Shown: positions 8,386-18,774, counted from the first letter of the stretch. The stretch: DNA of 26,406 nucleotides from Candidatus Bathyarchaeia archaeon (GCA_049969855.1 JBMFOB010000019.1:1-26406); one strand, 5' to 3'. Numbers and translations are program-made. Notes: generated by a model from the letters alone, not told the origin.

Positions 8386-9486
8386 ATGAGTTCATTAAGC
8401 GATTTTGCCAAAGGTTTCCTCACGATGACAGTTATTATTTGGATTTTGAATATCGTCACATTTTTTGTGTTGGGAAAGACCTTGGCAGCCACGCTCTTTC
8501 TTCTAATTCTAATAATTCCTATCTCAATAATAGCCTATGAAAGCTGGAAGTGGAAAACAGGAAAGAAAAACGTAAATCGTTTAGGTAGGCTAAAGCAGAT
8601 TCTAATTTCCATGTATGGCATTTCATTTGCTTGTTGGATGTTTGACGTTTGTAGCACTTACTATGCCATTGATGTTCTAGGAGTTGCCGCTGAGCAGAAC
8701 CCTTTAGGCTGGCCTTTTGGAGCTTTAGGCGCTTTAATATTCTATGTTCCAGCAATGATCTTCACTTATTTGCTTTTGTTTAAGGTCAAACAAAAATATG
8801 CGATTCTGACTGCCACCATAATAACTTTTTTAACTCTATACCTTGGCTTCTTGAATTTTGTTGCTGGCAGTCAAAATTTCGGTTTTTTCATAGACTCGGT
8901 ACCTTCAGTTTCTGAGGCTTACAACTATCTATTCTTAACTGCCATTGTAATCGACATTATTTATGTATTTGTCTTTGTAAAGTTAACGAAACTACCACTA
9001 CCCATGTGGATGAAAACTAGACCAAACTTATCTGTGATTGCTGTTATTTTAAGCACAATCGCTCTCATTATAAGTCTCACACAACCTATCTACACCCTAA
9101 TCGTTAATAACAGTAAGCAACAAGGCAAGCCATCCTTTGAGTTGGCTAACTTCTACGTATCCTATACCTACACGCTTATTGAAATTCGAAATAATGGAAC
9201 CGCAACAGCAAAAAACGTAATTGTAACGTTCTATTTCCTTAGACCGCCAAGCTCAAATTCTTCCTATCGACCCTTCGAGTGGGCGACAACTGAATTTATA
9301 GAAGAAATAAAGGAAGGCGAATCAGCATTTATGAGTGTTCCTGTGGGAAGCTATCATCATGAATCAACCTACCAAAACATAAATGCCACAGACTATTCTG
9401 CTGAAGTGATTGTCCATTGTGAACAAGCAGAAAACCTCAACACAGTCTTTTATTTGGAACATTTCGAAGTATTACCCTTGCCCTAA
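8386..9486 (+). CDS. Multi-pass membrane protein with DUF5658-like core and C-terminal Ig/CARDB-like extracellular domain
   Basis: About 7 TM segments; D..STYYA....EQNP motif; IEIRNNGTATAKNVIVTF beta-sandwich motif; several NxS/T sequons; AGGTGA SD. Confidence 0.75.
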   Translation: MSSLSDFAKGFLTMTVIIWILNIVTFFVLGKTLAATLFLLILIIPISIIAYESWKWKTGKKNVNRLGRLKQILISMYGISFACWMFDVCSTYYAIDVLGVAAEQNPLGWPFGALGALIFYVPAMIFTYLLLFKVKQKYAILTATIITFLTLYLGFLNFVAGSQNFGFFIDSVPSVSEAYNYLFLTAIVIDIIYVFVFVKLTKLPLPMWMKTRPNLSVIAVILSTIALIISLTQPIYTLIVNNSKQQGKPSFELANFYVSYTYTLIEIRNNGTATAKNVIVTFYFLRPPSSNSSYRPFEWATTEFIEEIKEGESAFMSVPVGSYHHESTYQNINATDYSAEVIVHCEQAENLNTVFYLEHFEVLPLP

Positions 9487-9503
9487 AATTTACAGATAAA
9501 ATT

Positions 9504-9689
9504 CTAACCTTTTTTCTTGTATTGCATATACTCATAGGCTATAATGGATAAGGGAATAAACAAACCAATAAGAAATAGCAATGCCATTCCCGTCTGCCCA
9601 CTAAAAGCAAAATAAAGCAATACAATAACCCACCAAACAACCCATGTAATAAGTATAGCCTTAGCCAAATCCCCTATAAAGCCCAACAA
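9504..9689 (-). CDS. Small two-TM membrane protein, paralog of the N-terminus of 8386-9486
   Basis: D.AK...W...G.T...LFL....IP.SIIAYE shared with the neighbouring gene. Confidence 0.7.
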   Translation of the reverse strand: MLGFIGDLAKAILITWVVWWVIVLLYFAFSGQTGMALLFLIGLFIPLSIIAYEYMQYKKKG

Positions 9690-9758
9690 TAAACACCAGA
9701 TAGAATAAAGCCTTATAGCGTGTATTAAAGCTTACGATAAGCCCTATCCATAATAAAA

Positions 9759-9795
9759 AGTGCGACGGGTCGAATTTGAACCGGCGAACCCCTAC
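9759..9795 (-). repeat. Degenerate direct repeat of the tRNA-Leu 3' end (att-like)
   Basis: agtgcgacgggtcgaatttgaaccggcgaacccctac matches 10373-10409 at 34/37 nt. Confidence 0.9.
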
Positions 9796-9895
9796 TGCTG
9801 GAATTTTGAGTTTGGTGTTTGATTATATCTGTTAGAGTAAGTTTTAAGTTTTAAAATAGCTGAATCGTTGTTTGCGGTCCAGCTGAGGTTTTCAT

Positions 9896-10132
9896 GTGGT
9901 TGTATTTAAAATTCTGTCAAAAATGGGAAAAGTTGTAAATCCGGATGAAGTTAGGACAAGCGTCCACGACGCATCAGCTCTTCTTTTCTATAAACTTTAT
10001 AAGAAAACTCCAGTGACAGAAAAATACCTAACAGTCGTAATCAAACCCCTAAATAGGGAAGGGTTTATAGTTACGGCGTTCTTTACAGATAGAGTGAAGA
10101 AAAGTGACTTGGTGTGGAGGAAAAAGCCATAA
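9896..10132 (+). pseudogene. RelE/BECR-fold toxin-like gene, probably internally deleted
   Basis: NPDEV..S......FYK......KYL.VV.K.....GFIVTAFFT resembles DUF2283-associated toxins, but the His-containing N-terminal helices seem absent (GKVV joins directly to NPDEV). Confidence 0.5.
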
Positions 10133-10350
10133 GAATATGGTTTGATCCAGAAGGTGATCTACTCGAAATAGGACAAACAAAACCCACAAAAGGGTTTTTC
10201 AAGGATGTAGGTGATGACATATTCATTAGAGTGGATCATAGAGGAAACATAACGGGCTTTGCTATACTAAACGTGACGAAAAGAATGGCAAAGATAAGAG
10301 AGGTAACGCTTCCAGTGAAAGCCGCATTTTCCAAGGAAGAAACATCATAA
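10114..10350 (+). CDS. DUF2283 family antitoxin-like protein
   Basis: IWFDPEGDLLEI...DDIFIRVD..GNITGFAILN pattern; overlaps the upstream gene by 19 nt. Confidence 0.8.
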   Translation: MEEKAIRIWFDPEGDLLEIGQTKPTKGFFKDVGDDIFIRVDHRGNITGFAILNVTKRMAKIREVTLPVKAAFSKEETS

Positions 10351-10374
10351 CTTTTTTGAAAAAAATTATTTTAG

Positions 10375-10481
10375 TGCGGCGGGCCGGATTTGAACCGGCG
10401 AACCCCTACGGGAGAGGATGGCTCATAGGAGTTTTGCCGATCTTGAGTCCTCCGCCTTTGACCTGGCTTGGCTACCGCCGC
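10375..10481 (-). tRNA. tRNA-Leu(CAA) with 22-nt intron at 37/38 (10420-10441)
   Basis: Acceptor GCGGCGG/CCGCCGC-A, anticodon stem GAGGA/TCCTC, CT-CAA-G, long variable arm, GCCGG-TTCAAAT-CCGGC T arm; BHB motif CTCA/TGAG with AGA and CCA bulges; CCA end not encoded. Confidence 0.95.
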
Positions 10482-10795
10482 CCAATGTTTCAAATTGGAT
10501 AATGGAGATTTAAGCTTACCGACGCTGAAAAATCTAGAGGGTAGGGTCCGTATTGGGATCGAAAAAGCCCAATAAATGATTAAATTTAGGGCTAAAGTTT
10601 GCGTGATGCAAGAGAGAAGTTGAAGATTTTATGAAAAAGTTTATTAGTGAGGTGTGTGGTTTCTGTGTTTAGCTCTTTAAAATTGGAGACAATTTTTCGG
10701 TTGGATGAACCAACTGTTGGAGGAAATTGAAAGTTTGAGAAAACCCGCATCACATAATCCTATCCACGCATGTTTAAGGGTAAAACGGCGGGGGT

Positions 10796-13700
10796 TTGTT
10801 AAAATTGGCTGAAATTTCAAGAGAAGACGCAAACCTTTTGTTAAAGGCATTTTTTAAGGAGAAAGGCTTAGTCCGTCAACATTTAGATTCTTTCAACGAG
10901 TTTATAGACCATGGCTTACAAGAAGTTATAGATGAAGTTGGCGAAATTCCAATAGATGTTCCAGAAAGTCCCTACAAAGTTAAACTTGGACAAGTTTGGA
11001 TTATAGATCCTCAAACGCGAATTACTGGTCCATACACAACAGAAGTGGACGGAACAAAGCATGAAATTTATCCGATGGAGGCAAGGCTTCGAAACCTAAC
11101 CTATGCGGCTCCAGTAGCCCTTGAGATGACGCCAGTCATTGACGGCAGAGAGCAGGACACGGAGCTTGTTTACATTGGAAACATTCCAGTAATGCTGAAA
11201 TCAAAACTTTGCTTCTTGTCACAGCTTTCAAGGGAAGAATTAATAGCGTGTGGGGAAGATCCAGATGATCCTGGCGGCTATTTCATAGTTAACGGTTCAG
11301 AACGTGTGATAGTGGCTATGGAGGATTTGGCTCCGAACCGCATAATAGTGGACATAGACGAGAAAGGCGCAACGCCAGTGTATCAAGCGAAAATGTTCTC
11401 CACAACTGTGGGTTTCAGGGCGAGAATAGAATTAAAAATGAAGTCGGACGGCGCAATATATGTTTCAATGCCAGGCGTTCCCACAGAAGTCCCAGTTGTC
11501 ATAGTAATGCGTGCTTTAGGCTTAGAATCTGATAAGGAAATTGCTGAAGCCGTTTCTCTGGATAAGGAAATACAGAGAGAATTGGAATCCTCTTTTGAAA
11601 AGGCTTTAGGTGTAGACACAGTGAAAGATGCAATAATTTTCATTGGAAATCGTGTTGCCCACGGTCAAGTTGAAGAATATCGTATACAAAAGGCGGAAAC
11701 AATCCTTGACAAAAACTTTCTGCCGCATATAGGACGAACAAACGAGAGCAGAAAAGACAAGGCTTTATTCTTAGGCGAGATGGTTTGCAGAGTAATTGAA
11801 CTAAAGCTTGGAAGGAGAAAAGTAGACGACAAAGACCACTTCAAAAACAAACGCCTAAGACTTGCTGGTCCACTTCTTGCAGACCTCTTCAGAGTAGCCT
11901 TCCGAAACCTTATCAGAGACATAAAGTATCAGCTTGAACGTATAGGCGTGAAAGGACCAATAATAACGGTTTCTGCGGCTGTCCGCCCCGGAATAATAAC
12001 GGAACGCCTTCAGCATGCGCTTGCAACTGGAAACTGGGGAAGGGGAAGAGTTGGCGTAACCCAGCTTTTGGACAGGACAAACCATATTTCAGCCTTAAGC
12101 CATCTGCGCAGGCTTCAATCACCGTTAAGTCGGAGTCAACCAAACTTTGAAGCAAGAGACTTACATCCAACTCATTGGGGTCGCCTATGCCCAAACGAAA
12201 CGCCGGAAGGCTCAAACTGTGGTCTTGTCAAAAATTTGGCCTTATCAGCATGCATTTCAGTCGGCGTCAATCCTGAGAAGATAAAGCAAGTATTATTCAG
12301 CATGGGTGTAATACCAGTTTATGAAGCAAACGAAACCATCAAACTTTCTGGAGCTAAAGTCTTCGTTGACGGAAACCTCATTGGATACTGCAACTCTCCA
12401 GAGGAGTTAACACGAGAATTTAGGGATAGAAGAAGAAGAGGAGAAATTTCAACAGAAGTAAACATCGCTTACTTCTCAAAAGTTCATGAGGAAAGGGATG
12501 AAGTATACTTAAACTGTGATGAGGGAAGAGTTAGGAGACCCCTCATAATAGTTGAAGACGGCGTGCCGAGGCTTCAACGGGAACATGTGGAAAAAGTGGT
12601 TTCTGGAGAATGGTCATGGGAAGACCTTGTCAAAAACGGCATAATCGAATATTTGGATGCTGAGGAAGAAGAAAACGCCTATGTAGCCGTAAGCCTTGAC
12701 AAAATAACCCCTGAGCATACACATGTGGAAATTGCAACATACACGATTCTTGGCATTTGTGCATCAACAATACCCTACGCAGAACACAACCAGTCACCCC
12801 GCAACTCTTACCAAGCGGCAATGGCAAAACAAGCCTTAGGAATTTACGCCACAAACTTTAACCAACGCGTAGACTCAAGGTCTCACGTTCTGCATTATCC
12901 GCAAGTACCACTGGTTGAAACGGCTTTAATGGATATTATAGGATATAAGCTTCGACCTTCTGGGCAGAACTGTGTAGTTGCCGTTTTATCCTTTGAAGGC
13001 TATAACATGGAGGACGCCCTAATCTTTAACAAAGCTTCAATTGAAAGAGGCTTGGGACGCTCAACCTTTTATAGAATTTATGAAGCAGAATGTCGCCAGT
13101 ATTTGGGTGGATTAAAGGATAAGTTCATTGTTCCAGAGCCTGGAACACGCGGTTTTAGGGGAGAACAATATTATAGGCTTCTTGAGCCTGATGGCATAAT
13201 AAGTTTGGAGGCAAGTGTTGCTGGTGGGGACGTTCTGATAGGCAGAATAAGCCCGCCACGGTTTATTGAGGAATATAAAGAGTTTGAGGTTAAAGGTCCT
13301 TCAATGCGAGACACGTCGGTTGATATGCGTCCTTCAGAGACTGGAATTGTTGACGCTGTCTTCTTAACGGAATCTGGAGAAGGAAGCAAACTTGTGAAGG
13401 TTCGCGTTAGAGACCAACGCATTCCAGAGTTGGGCGACAAATTTGCTTCTCGCCATGGGCAAAAGGGTGTCATAGGATTGATTGTTCCCCAGGAGGATAT
13501 GCCCTTCACAGAAGACGGAATAGTTCCAGACATAATAATTAATCCGCATGCTATTCCATCAAGAATGACTATTGGACACTTTATGGAGTCATTGGCTGGA
13601 AAAGTTGCCGCTGCAAGGGGAAAACCAGTGGATGGAACACCATTCTCCAACGAAAAATCAGAAGAGCTTAGAAAGGCTCTAATCCACTTGGGCTTCAGCC

Positions 13701-14170
13701 ACACTGGCAGCGAAGTTTTCTATAATGGTGTTACTGGCGAAAAATTTGTTGCAGACATTTTTGTCGGAGTTGTTTATTACCAAAAATTGCATCACATGGT
13801 TGCTGACAAAATCCATGCAAGAGCCAGAGGACAAGTGCAAATGTTGACTAGGCAACCCACAGAAGGAAGGGCTAGGGGCGGAGGCTTAAGGTTCGGTGAA
13901 ATGGAGCGCGACTGCCTAATTGGACATGGAGCTGCCATGCTTCTGCGGGATAGGCTTTTAGAAGAGTCTGATAAGTATACGCTTTACGTTTGTGAAAACT
14001 GCGGTTACATTGCCTATTATGACATGAAACAGAGAAAATACGTTTGCAGAATATGCGGGGACAAAGCAAAAATCTCCCCAGTGGTAGTTTCCTACGCTTT
14101 CAAACTTCTCCTCCAAGAATTGATGAGCCTTTGCATAGCTCCAAAATTGAAGCTTAAGGAGAGGGCTTAA
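10796..14170 (+). CDS. rpoB: DNA-directed RNA polymerase subunit B (Rpo2), unsplit
   Basis: [46 protein letters not shown]-terminal Zn ribbon; true start may be TTG 10805. Confidence 0.98.
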   Translation: MLKLAEISREDANLLLKAFFKEKGLVRQHLDSFNEFIDHGLQEVIDEVGEIPIDVPESPYKVKLGQVWIIDPQTRITGPYTTEVDGTKHEIYPMEARLRNLTYAAPVALEMTPVIDGREQDTELVYIGNIPVMLKSKLCFLSQLSREELIACGEDPDDPGGYFIVNGSERVIVAMEDLAPNRIIVDIDEKGATPVYQAKMFSTTVGFRARIELKMKSDGAIYVSMPGVPTEVPVVIVMRALGLESDKEIAEAVSLDKEIQRELESSFEKALGVDTVKDAIIFIGNRVAHGQVEEYRIQKAETILDKNFLPHIGRTNESRKDKALFLGEMVCRVIELKLGRRKVDDKDHFKNKRLRLAGPLLADLFRVAFRNLIRDIKYQLERIGVKGPIITVSAAVRPGIITERLQHALATGNWGRGRVGVTQLLDRTNHISALSHLRRLQSPLSRSQPNFEARDLHPTHWGRLCPNETPEGSNCGLVKNLALSACISVGVNPEKIKQVLFSMGVIPVYEANETIKLSGAKVFVDGNLIGYCNSPEELTREFRDRRRRGEISTEVNIAYFSKVHEERDEVYLNCDEGRVRRPLIIVEDGVPRLQREHVEKVVSGEWSWEDLVKNGIIEYLDAEEEENAYVAVSLDKITPEHTHVEIATYTILGICASTIPYAEHNQSPRNSYQAAMAKQALGIYATNFNQRVDSRSHVLHYPQVPLVETALMDIIGYKLRPSGQNCVVAVLSFEGYNMEDALIFNKASIERGLGRSTFYRIYEAECRQYLGGLKDKFIVPEPGTRGFRGEQYYRLLEPDGIISLEASVAGGDVLIGRISPPRFIEEYKEFEVKGPSMRDTSVDMRPSETGIVDAVFLTESGEGSKLVKVRVRDQRIPELGDKFASRHGQKGVIGLIVPQEDMPFTEDGIVPDIIINPHAIPSRMTIGHFMESLAGKVAAARGKPVDGTPFSNEKSEELRKALIHLGFSHTGSEVFYNGVTGEKFVADIFVGVVYYQKLHHMVADKIHARARGQVQMLTRQPTEGRARGGGLRFGEMERDCLIGHGAAMLLRDRLLEESDKYTLYVCENCGYIAYYDMKQRKYVCRICGDKAKISPVVVSYAFKLLLQELMSLCIAPKLKLKERA

Positions 14171-14171
14171 T

Positions 14172-17100
14172 ATGGCTGCTGAAGAAGTAGTCCACAAAGT
14201 CATAGACGGCATCCACTTCAGCCTATTCTCGCCACAAGATGTGCGCAAACTCTCTGTTGTAGAAATTCAAACTCCAGACACTTACGATGAAGACGGCGCC
14301 CCAATAACGGCTGGACTCATGGATGGCAGACTTGGAACCCTTGAACCGAGGCAAAGATGCAAAACCTGTGGAAACACGGCCATCCGTTGTCCAGGTCATT
14401 TCGGTCACATTGAACTTGCAGTTCCAATAGTTCACATTGAATTCACCAAATTAATCTATGAACTTTTGAAATCCACATGCAGAAACTGTGGGCGCATATT
14501 GCTTCCAGATGAAACCATAAAGAGAGCCAGAGCAAGAATTGACAAGAGTCGTCAACTTTTGGGATTGGTTCCAGATGAAGTTTACAAATCTATTACGCAG
14601 GAAATAAAGGCGAAACAGTGTCCCCACTGTGGGGCAGTTCAATATAAGATAGTTTTTGAAAAGCCAACAAAGTTTAGTGAACAAATTCCTGAAAGTGGTT
14701 CAGAACCTTTAACGCCAAGCATGATTAGGGAAAGGATGGAACGCATACCTGACGAAGACCTTGAACTTTTAGGTTTCAATCCAAAAGCTGCCCGTCCAGA
14801 ATGGATGATTCTGCAAGTTTTACCAGTTCCACCAGTTTACGTTCGCCCCTCAATAACGCTGGAATCGGGCATCCGTTCAGAGGATGATTTAACCCACAAA
14901 CTTGTGGACATAATCCGCATTAACCAGCGGCTTAAGGAAAACATGGATGCTGGCGCTCCAACGCTTATAATTCAAGACTTGTCGGAGCTTCTGCAATACC
15001 ATGTTACAACATACTTCAACAATGAAGCCTCAGGGATACCGCCAGCGAGGCATCGTTCTGGAAGAGCATTAAAAACGCTTTCTCAAAGGTTGAAGGGAAA
15101 GGAGGGAAGATTCAGAAGCAACCTTTCCGGAAAAAGGGTTGACTTTTCAGCCCGAACAGTTGTTTCTCCAGACCCAAACCTTGACATAAGCGAGGTTGGC
15201 GTTCCAATAGAAGTTGCCATGCGCTTATCTGTGCCAGAAAAGGTTACGGAATGGAACCTTGAAGAGATGCGGCAACTTGTAGTAAATGGACCTGAAAAGT
15301 ATCCTGGCGCCCTCTACATTATAAGACCCGACGGCAAACGAATAAGACTTGAGTTTGTCACGGATAGGGAAAAGATTGCCGAGGCTTTAATGCCCGGCTT
15401 TATTGTAGAGAGGCATCTTAAAAATGGCGACATAGCCATATTTAACCGTCAACCTTCACTGCACCGCATGTCAATAATGGCTCACCGTGTCCGCGTTTTG
15501 CCCTATAAAACCTTCCGTTTGCACTTGTGCGTTTGTCCACCCTACAACGCAGATTTTGATGGAGACGAAATGAACCTTCACATACCGCAAAGCGAAGAAG
15601 CCCGAACAGAAGCGCTTCTACTAATGCAGGTTCAAGACCAAATTCTCTCGCCAAGGTTTGGTGGTCCAATAATAGGGGCAATTCGAGACTTTATAACAGC
15701 AGCATACCTTTTCACGAGAAGAACAAACTATGTAACGAAAGAAGAAGTAAGCAGGCTGCTGATGGCTGCCGGTTATGAAGGACCTTTACCAGAGCCTAAA
15801 ATTAAAGAGCCCCAGCCATTATGGACGGGTAAGCAGATTTTCAGTCTCTTCTTGCCAAAAGATATGAATTATGTTTTGAAGGCGAACATTTGTCAAGGAT
15901 GCGCAAAATGTGAGGAAGAAGACTGCAAGTATGATGCTTATGTTGTTGTTAAAAATGGTGAACTTATAAGCGGTGTCATAGATAGGCGTTCAATAGGCGC
16001 CGAACAATCAGAAAGTCTCCTCCACAGAATAATAAAAGATTATGGAACCCAAGCTGGACGCGAATTCTTAAACAAGATAACAAGACTGTTGAAGCTTTTC
16101 ATCACAATGCGAGGCTTCACATACTCTTACGACCAGCTTGTACTATCTTCCAAAGCTGAAAGCAAAATAAACAAAACCATGGAAAGAGTCCAGAAAAGAG
16201 TGGAAGAGCTCATAGAAAGTTACCGTAATGGCACGTTACCGAGGCTTCCAGGACAAACTCTGGAAGATTCTTTCGAAATTTACGTAATGAACGAACTTGC
16301 CAAAGCTAGGGATGATGCTGGAAAAATTGCTGATGAAGACTTCACATTGGAAAATGCTGGCATAGTAATGACAAGAACAGGCGCTAGGGGTTCAAGCCTA
16401 AACATTGGACAAATGAGCGCATGCATAGGGCAACAGTCAGTGCGTGGAAAACGAATACTTCGTGGATATGTTGGTAGAGCCTTACCCCACTTCAAGTCTG
16501 GCGACCCAAGCCCAAAGGCAAGAGGCTTCGTTTACTCTTCATATCAGACAGGATTAGACGCCATTGAATTTTTCTTCCACGCCATGGGTGGAAGGGAAGG
16601 CTTGGTAGATACTGCCGTTAGAACACAACAGAGTGGTTACATGCAAAGGAGACTGATTAATGCTCTTGAGCATATACGCTTAGAATATGATGGAACTGTT
16701 AGAAATTCAGCGGGAGACATAATCCAATTTAAATACGGAGAAGACGGCGTTGACCCAGCAAAAAGCGACCATGGAAAAGCCGTTAACGTAAGCCGCCTAG
16801 TTGAACAGTTCAAAATTTCAGAAGAGAAAGGTAGACCAGCCCCAGCAGAATACATCAAAAAACAGCTGAAAGAAGTTGAAGACCAGCTTACACCAGTGCT
16901 CATAGAAGAACTTGAACAAAGCCTAGCCAAGGCGAAACTGAGCAAGGCAGGCGTTGACAAAGCCATAAAATTAACTGTTGAGCATTATAAGCGTGCATTA
17001 ATGGAGCCTGGCGAAGCAGTAGGCATAGTTGCAGCCCAATCAATTGGTGAGCCTGGAACACAGATGACTTTAAGGACATTCCATTATGCTGGAGTTAGAG

Positions 17101-17993
17101 AGCAGAACGTAACCTTGGGTTTGCCAAGATTGATAGAAATTGTTGATGCGCGGAGAATTCCATCCACGCCGATAATGACAATTTACCTAACTGGAGAACA
17201 CAAGAAAAGCAGGGAGGCAGCAGTGAAAATTGCGCGTAACATATATTACACAACTTTGGAGGATTTGGCTGAAACAGTTTATGAAGATCCTATGCATGAG
17301 GAAATAGTTGTTGAGCTTAACAAATCAATGATGGAGGATAGAGGCGTTTCGCTTCAAGAGTTGAAGGAAAAACTGCAGATGCAAAACTGCACAATAAAAG
17401 TAAGGGGCAACAGCATACATATAAAGCCTAAAAAAGCTGAACTCCTCAAAAAAATGTTAGACAAGGTTTCATCATTTTACATTAAAGGAGTTCCAGGCAT
17501 AAAGCGAGTCTTAATCACAGAAGAACATGGAGAATGGGTTATAAGAACTGACGGCTCAAACCTGCCAAAAGTCTTAGAAGTTTACGGCGTAGACACATCA
17601 AGAACAACGACAAACAATGTTCACGAAATAGCCAAAACCTTAGGAATAGAAGCCGCAAGAAACGCCTTAATCCACGAGTCTAAAGGTGTTCTGGAAGATC
17701 AAGGTTTAGATGTTGACGTTCGCCACGTCATGCTTGTCGCTGACATGATGACGTCCACTGGCGAGGTGCAACAGATAGGGCGTCATGGCATAAGCGGCAA
17801 GAAGTCAAGTGTTCTGGCTAGGGCTGCCTTCGAAATAACTGTTCCAAACATTGTTGACGCAGCCATAAAGGGCGAAAGTGACCCCTTGGAAGGGGTAACC
17901 GAAAACGTTATTGTTGGGCAATCTATACCTATTGGCACTGGATTGGTTGAATTATTCATGTCAACCATAGATTTAGGAAGGGAGAACAAATGA
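14172..17993 (+). CDS. rpoA1: DNA-directed RNA polymerase largest subunit (Rpo1), A' and A'' fused
   Basis: NADFDGDEM catalytic motif, CPGHFGHIEL, then in-frame AAQSIGEPGTQMTLRTFH and ENVIVGQSIPIGTG of A''. Confidence 0.97.
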   Translation: MAAEEVVHKVIDGIHFSLFSPQDVRKLSVVEIQTPDTYDEDGAPITAGLMDGRLGTLEPRQRCKTCGNTAIRCPGHFGHIELAVPIVHIEFTKLIYELLKSTCRNCGRILLPDETIKRARARIDKSRQLLGLVPDEVYKSITQEIKAKQCPHCGAVQYKIVFEKPTKFSEQIPESGSEPLTPSMIRERMERIPDEDLELLGFNPKAARPEWMILQVLPVPPVYVRPSITLESGIRSEDDLTHKLVDIIRINQRLKENMDAGAPTLIIQDLSELLQYHVTTYFNNEASGIPPARHRSGRALKTLSQRLKGKEGRFRSNLSGKRVDFSARTVVSPDPNLDISEVGVPIEVAMRLSVPEKVTEWNLEEMRQLVVNGPEKYPGALYIIRPDGKRIRLEFVTDREKIAEALMPGFIVERHLKNGDIAIFNRQPSLHRMSIMAHRVRVLPYKTFRLHLCVCPPYNADFDGDEMNLHIPQSEEARTEALLLMQVQDQILSPRFGGPIIGAIRDFITAAYLFTRRTNYVTKEEVSRLLMAAGYEGPLPEPKIKEPQPLWTGKQIFSLFLPKDMNYVLKANICQGCAKCEEEDCKYDAYVVVKNGELISGVIDRRSIGAEQSESLLHRIIKDYGTQAGREFLNKITRLLKLFITMRGFTYSYDQLVLSSKAESKINKTMERVQKRVEELIESYRNGTLPRLPGQTLEDSFEIYVMNELAKARDDAGKIADEDFTLENAGIVMTRTGARGSSLNIGQMSACIGQQSVRGKRILRGYVGRALPHFKSGDPSPKARGFVYSSYQTGLDAIEFFFHAMGGREGLVDTAVRTQQSGYMQRRLINALEHIRLEYDGTVRNSAGDIIQFKYGEDGVDPAKSDHGKAVNVSRLVEQFKISEEKGRPAPAEYIKKQLKEVEDQLTPVLIEELEQSLAKAKLSKAGVDKAIKLTVEHYKRALMEPGEAVGIVAAQSIGEPGTQMTLRTFHYAGVREQNVTLGLPRLIEIVDARRIPSTPIMTIYLTGEHKKSREAAVKIARNIYYTTLEDLAETVYEDPMHEEIVVELNKSMMEDRGVSLQELKEKLQMQNCTIKVRGNSIHIKPKKAELLKKMLDKVSSFYIKGVPGIKRVLITEEHGEWVIRTDGSNLPKVLEVYGVDTSRTTTNNVHEIAKTLGIEAARNALIHESKGVLEDQGLDVDVRHVMLVADMMTSTGEVQQIGRHGISGKKSSVLARAAFEITVPNIVDAAIKGESDPLEGVTENVIVGQSIPIGTGLVELFMSTIDLGRENK

Positions 17994-18325
17994 TAGATGT
18001 GGATAAGGCTATCGCAACCGCTGTGAAAACTGGCAAAGTATCCTTTGGAGCAAACGTTGCCCTCCAAAATGCAAAAACAGGCAAAGCGAAAATGATAATT
18101 TTAGCTTCGAACTGTCCCACAACACTGCGTGAGGACATAGAATATTATTGCAAGCTTTCAAATGTTCCTTTAATAACATATAAGGGTTCATCAATGGATT
18201 TGGCTTCTGTTTGCGGTAAACCCTTCACAATTTCAGCGTTAAGTATAAGAGAACCCGGCGACTCAGAAATTCTTGAACTGACACAAAGCGCGGAGTCAGA
18301 GGAAACCCACGGAGGAAACGAATGA
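17990..18325 (+). CDS. rpl30e: 50S ribosomal protein L30e
   Basis: AVKTGKVSFG...IILASNCP...CGKPF...PGDS.I; canonical position after rpoA. Confidence 0.95.
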   Translation: MIDVDKAIATAVKTGKVSFGANVALQNAKTGKAKMIILASNCPTTLREDIEYYCKLSNVPLITYKGSSMDLASVCGKPFTISALSIREPGDSEILELTQSAESEETHGGNE

Positions 18326-18759
18326 CAAGCGGAATCAAATTCACAAGCACAGAGATGCGCTATATAGCGTTGTTTGAAAGCATAACAGGCGCAAGCGTCA
18401 AAGACTGCATAGTTGACGAGGAACAGGGACGAGTAATTTTCATTGTTAATGAGGGTCAAGTCGGCGTAGCCATCGGAAAAGGCGGAAGGAACATCCGCAC
18501 TTTGGAGAGAATGACTGGGAAAAAACATGAGATAATAGAGTATTCAGAAGACCCAGCCCAATTTATCAAAAACGCCCTAAAACCAGCAACCGTCAAAGAG
18601 ATTCGCCTAACAGAAAGACCTGACGGAAAAACAATAGCTGTTGTCTCAGTTAATCCAAGAGACAAAGGCGTAGCCATAGGCAAAAACGGAAGAAACGCTG
18701 AGCGCTTGCGCTTTTTAGCCAAAAGATATTTCCAAATACAAAACGTCAGCATAACTTAG
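18322..18759 (+). CDS. nusA: Archaeal NusA (two KH domains)
   Basis: AIGKGGRNI and AIGKNGRN GxxG loops, IIEYSED. Confidence 0.95.
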   Translation: MTSGIKFTSTEMRYIALFESITGASVKDCIVDEEQGRVIFIVNEGQVGVAIGKGGRNIRTLERMTGKKHEIIEYSEDPAQFIKNALKPATVKEIRLTERPDGKTIAVVSVNPRDKGVAIGKNGRNAERLRFLAKRYFQIQNVSIT

Positions 18760-18774
18760 AAAGGTGAGTAGCGT

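Larger units (their letters stand above)
9759..10409. mobile_element. Relic tRNA-integrated mini-element carrying a toxin-antitoxin-like pair
   Basis: Bounded by the tRNA 3' end and its duplicate; 577 bp between the repeats; no integrase. Confidence 0.65.

Noticed and set aside
9759-9811. Second tRNA gene or split-tRNA half
   Set aside because: Substitutions alter the acceptor strand and weaken the T stem, and no 5' half or complementary leader is visible; an att relic explains it better
10796-17993. Inteins in RNA polymerase subunits
   Set aside because: Lengths are normal and no splice-junction or LAGLIDADG insertions were seen
11383-18752. Many minus-strand ORFs within rpoB/rpoA/rpl30e/nusA
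   Set aside because: Antisense shadows of highly conserved genes with no motifs of their own
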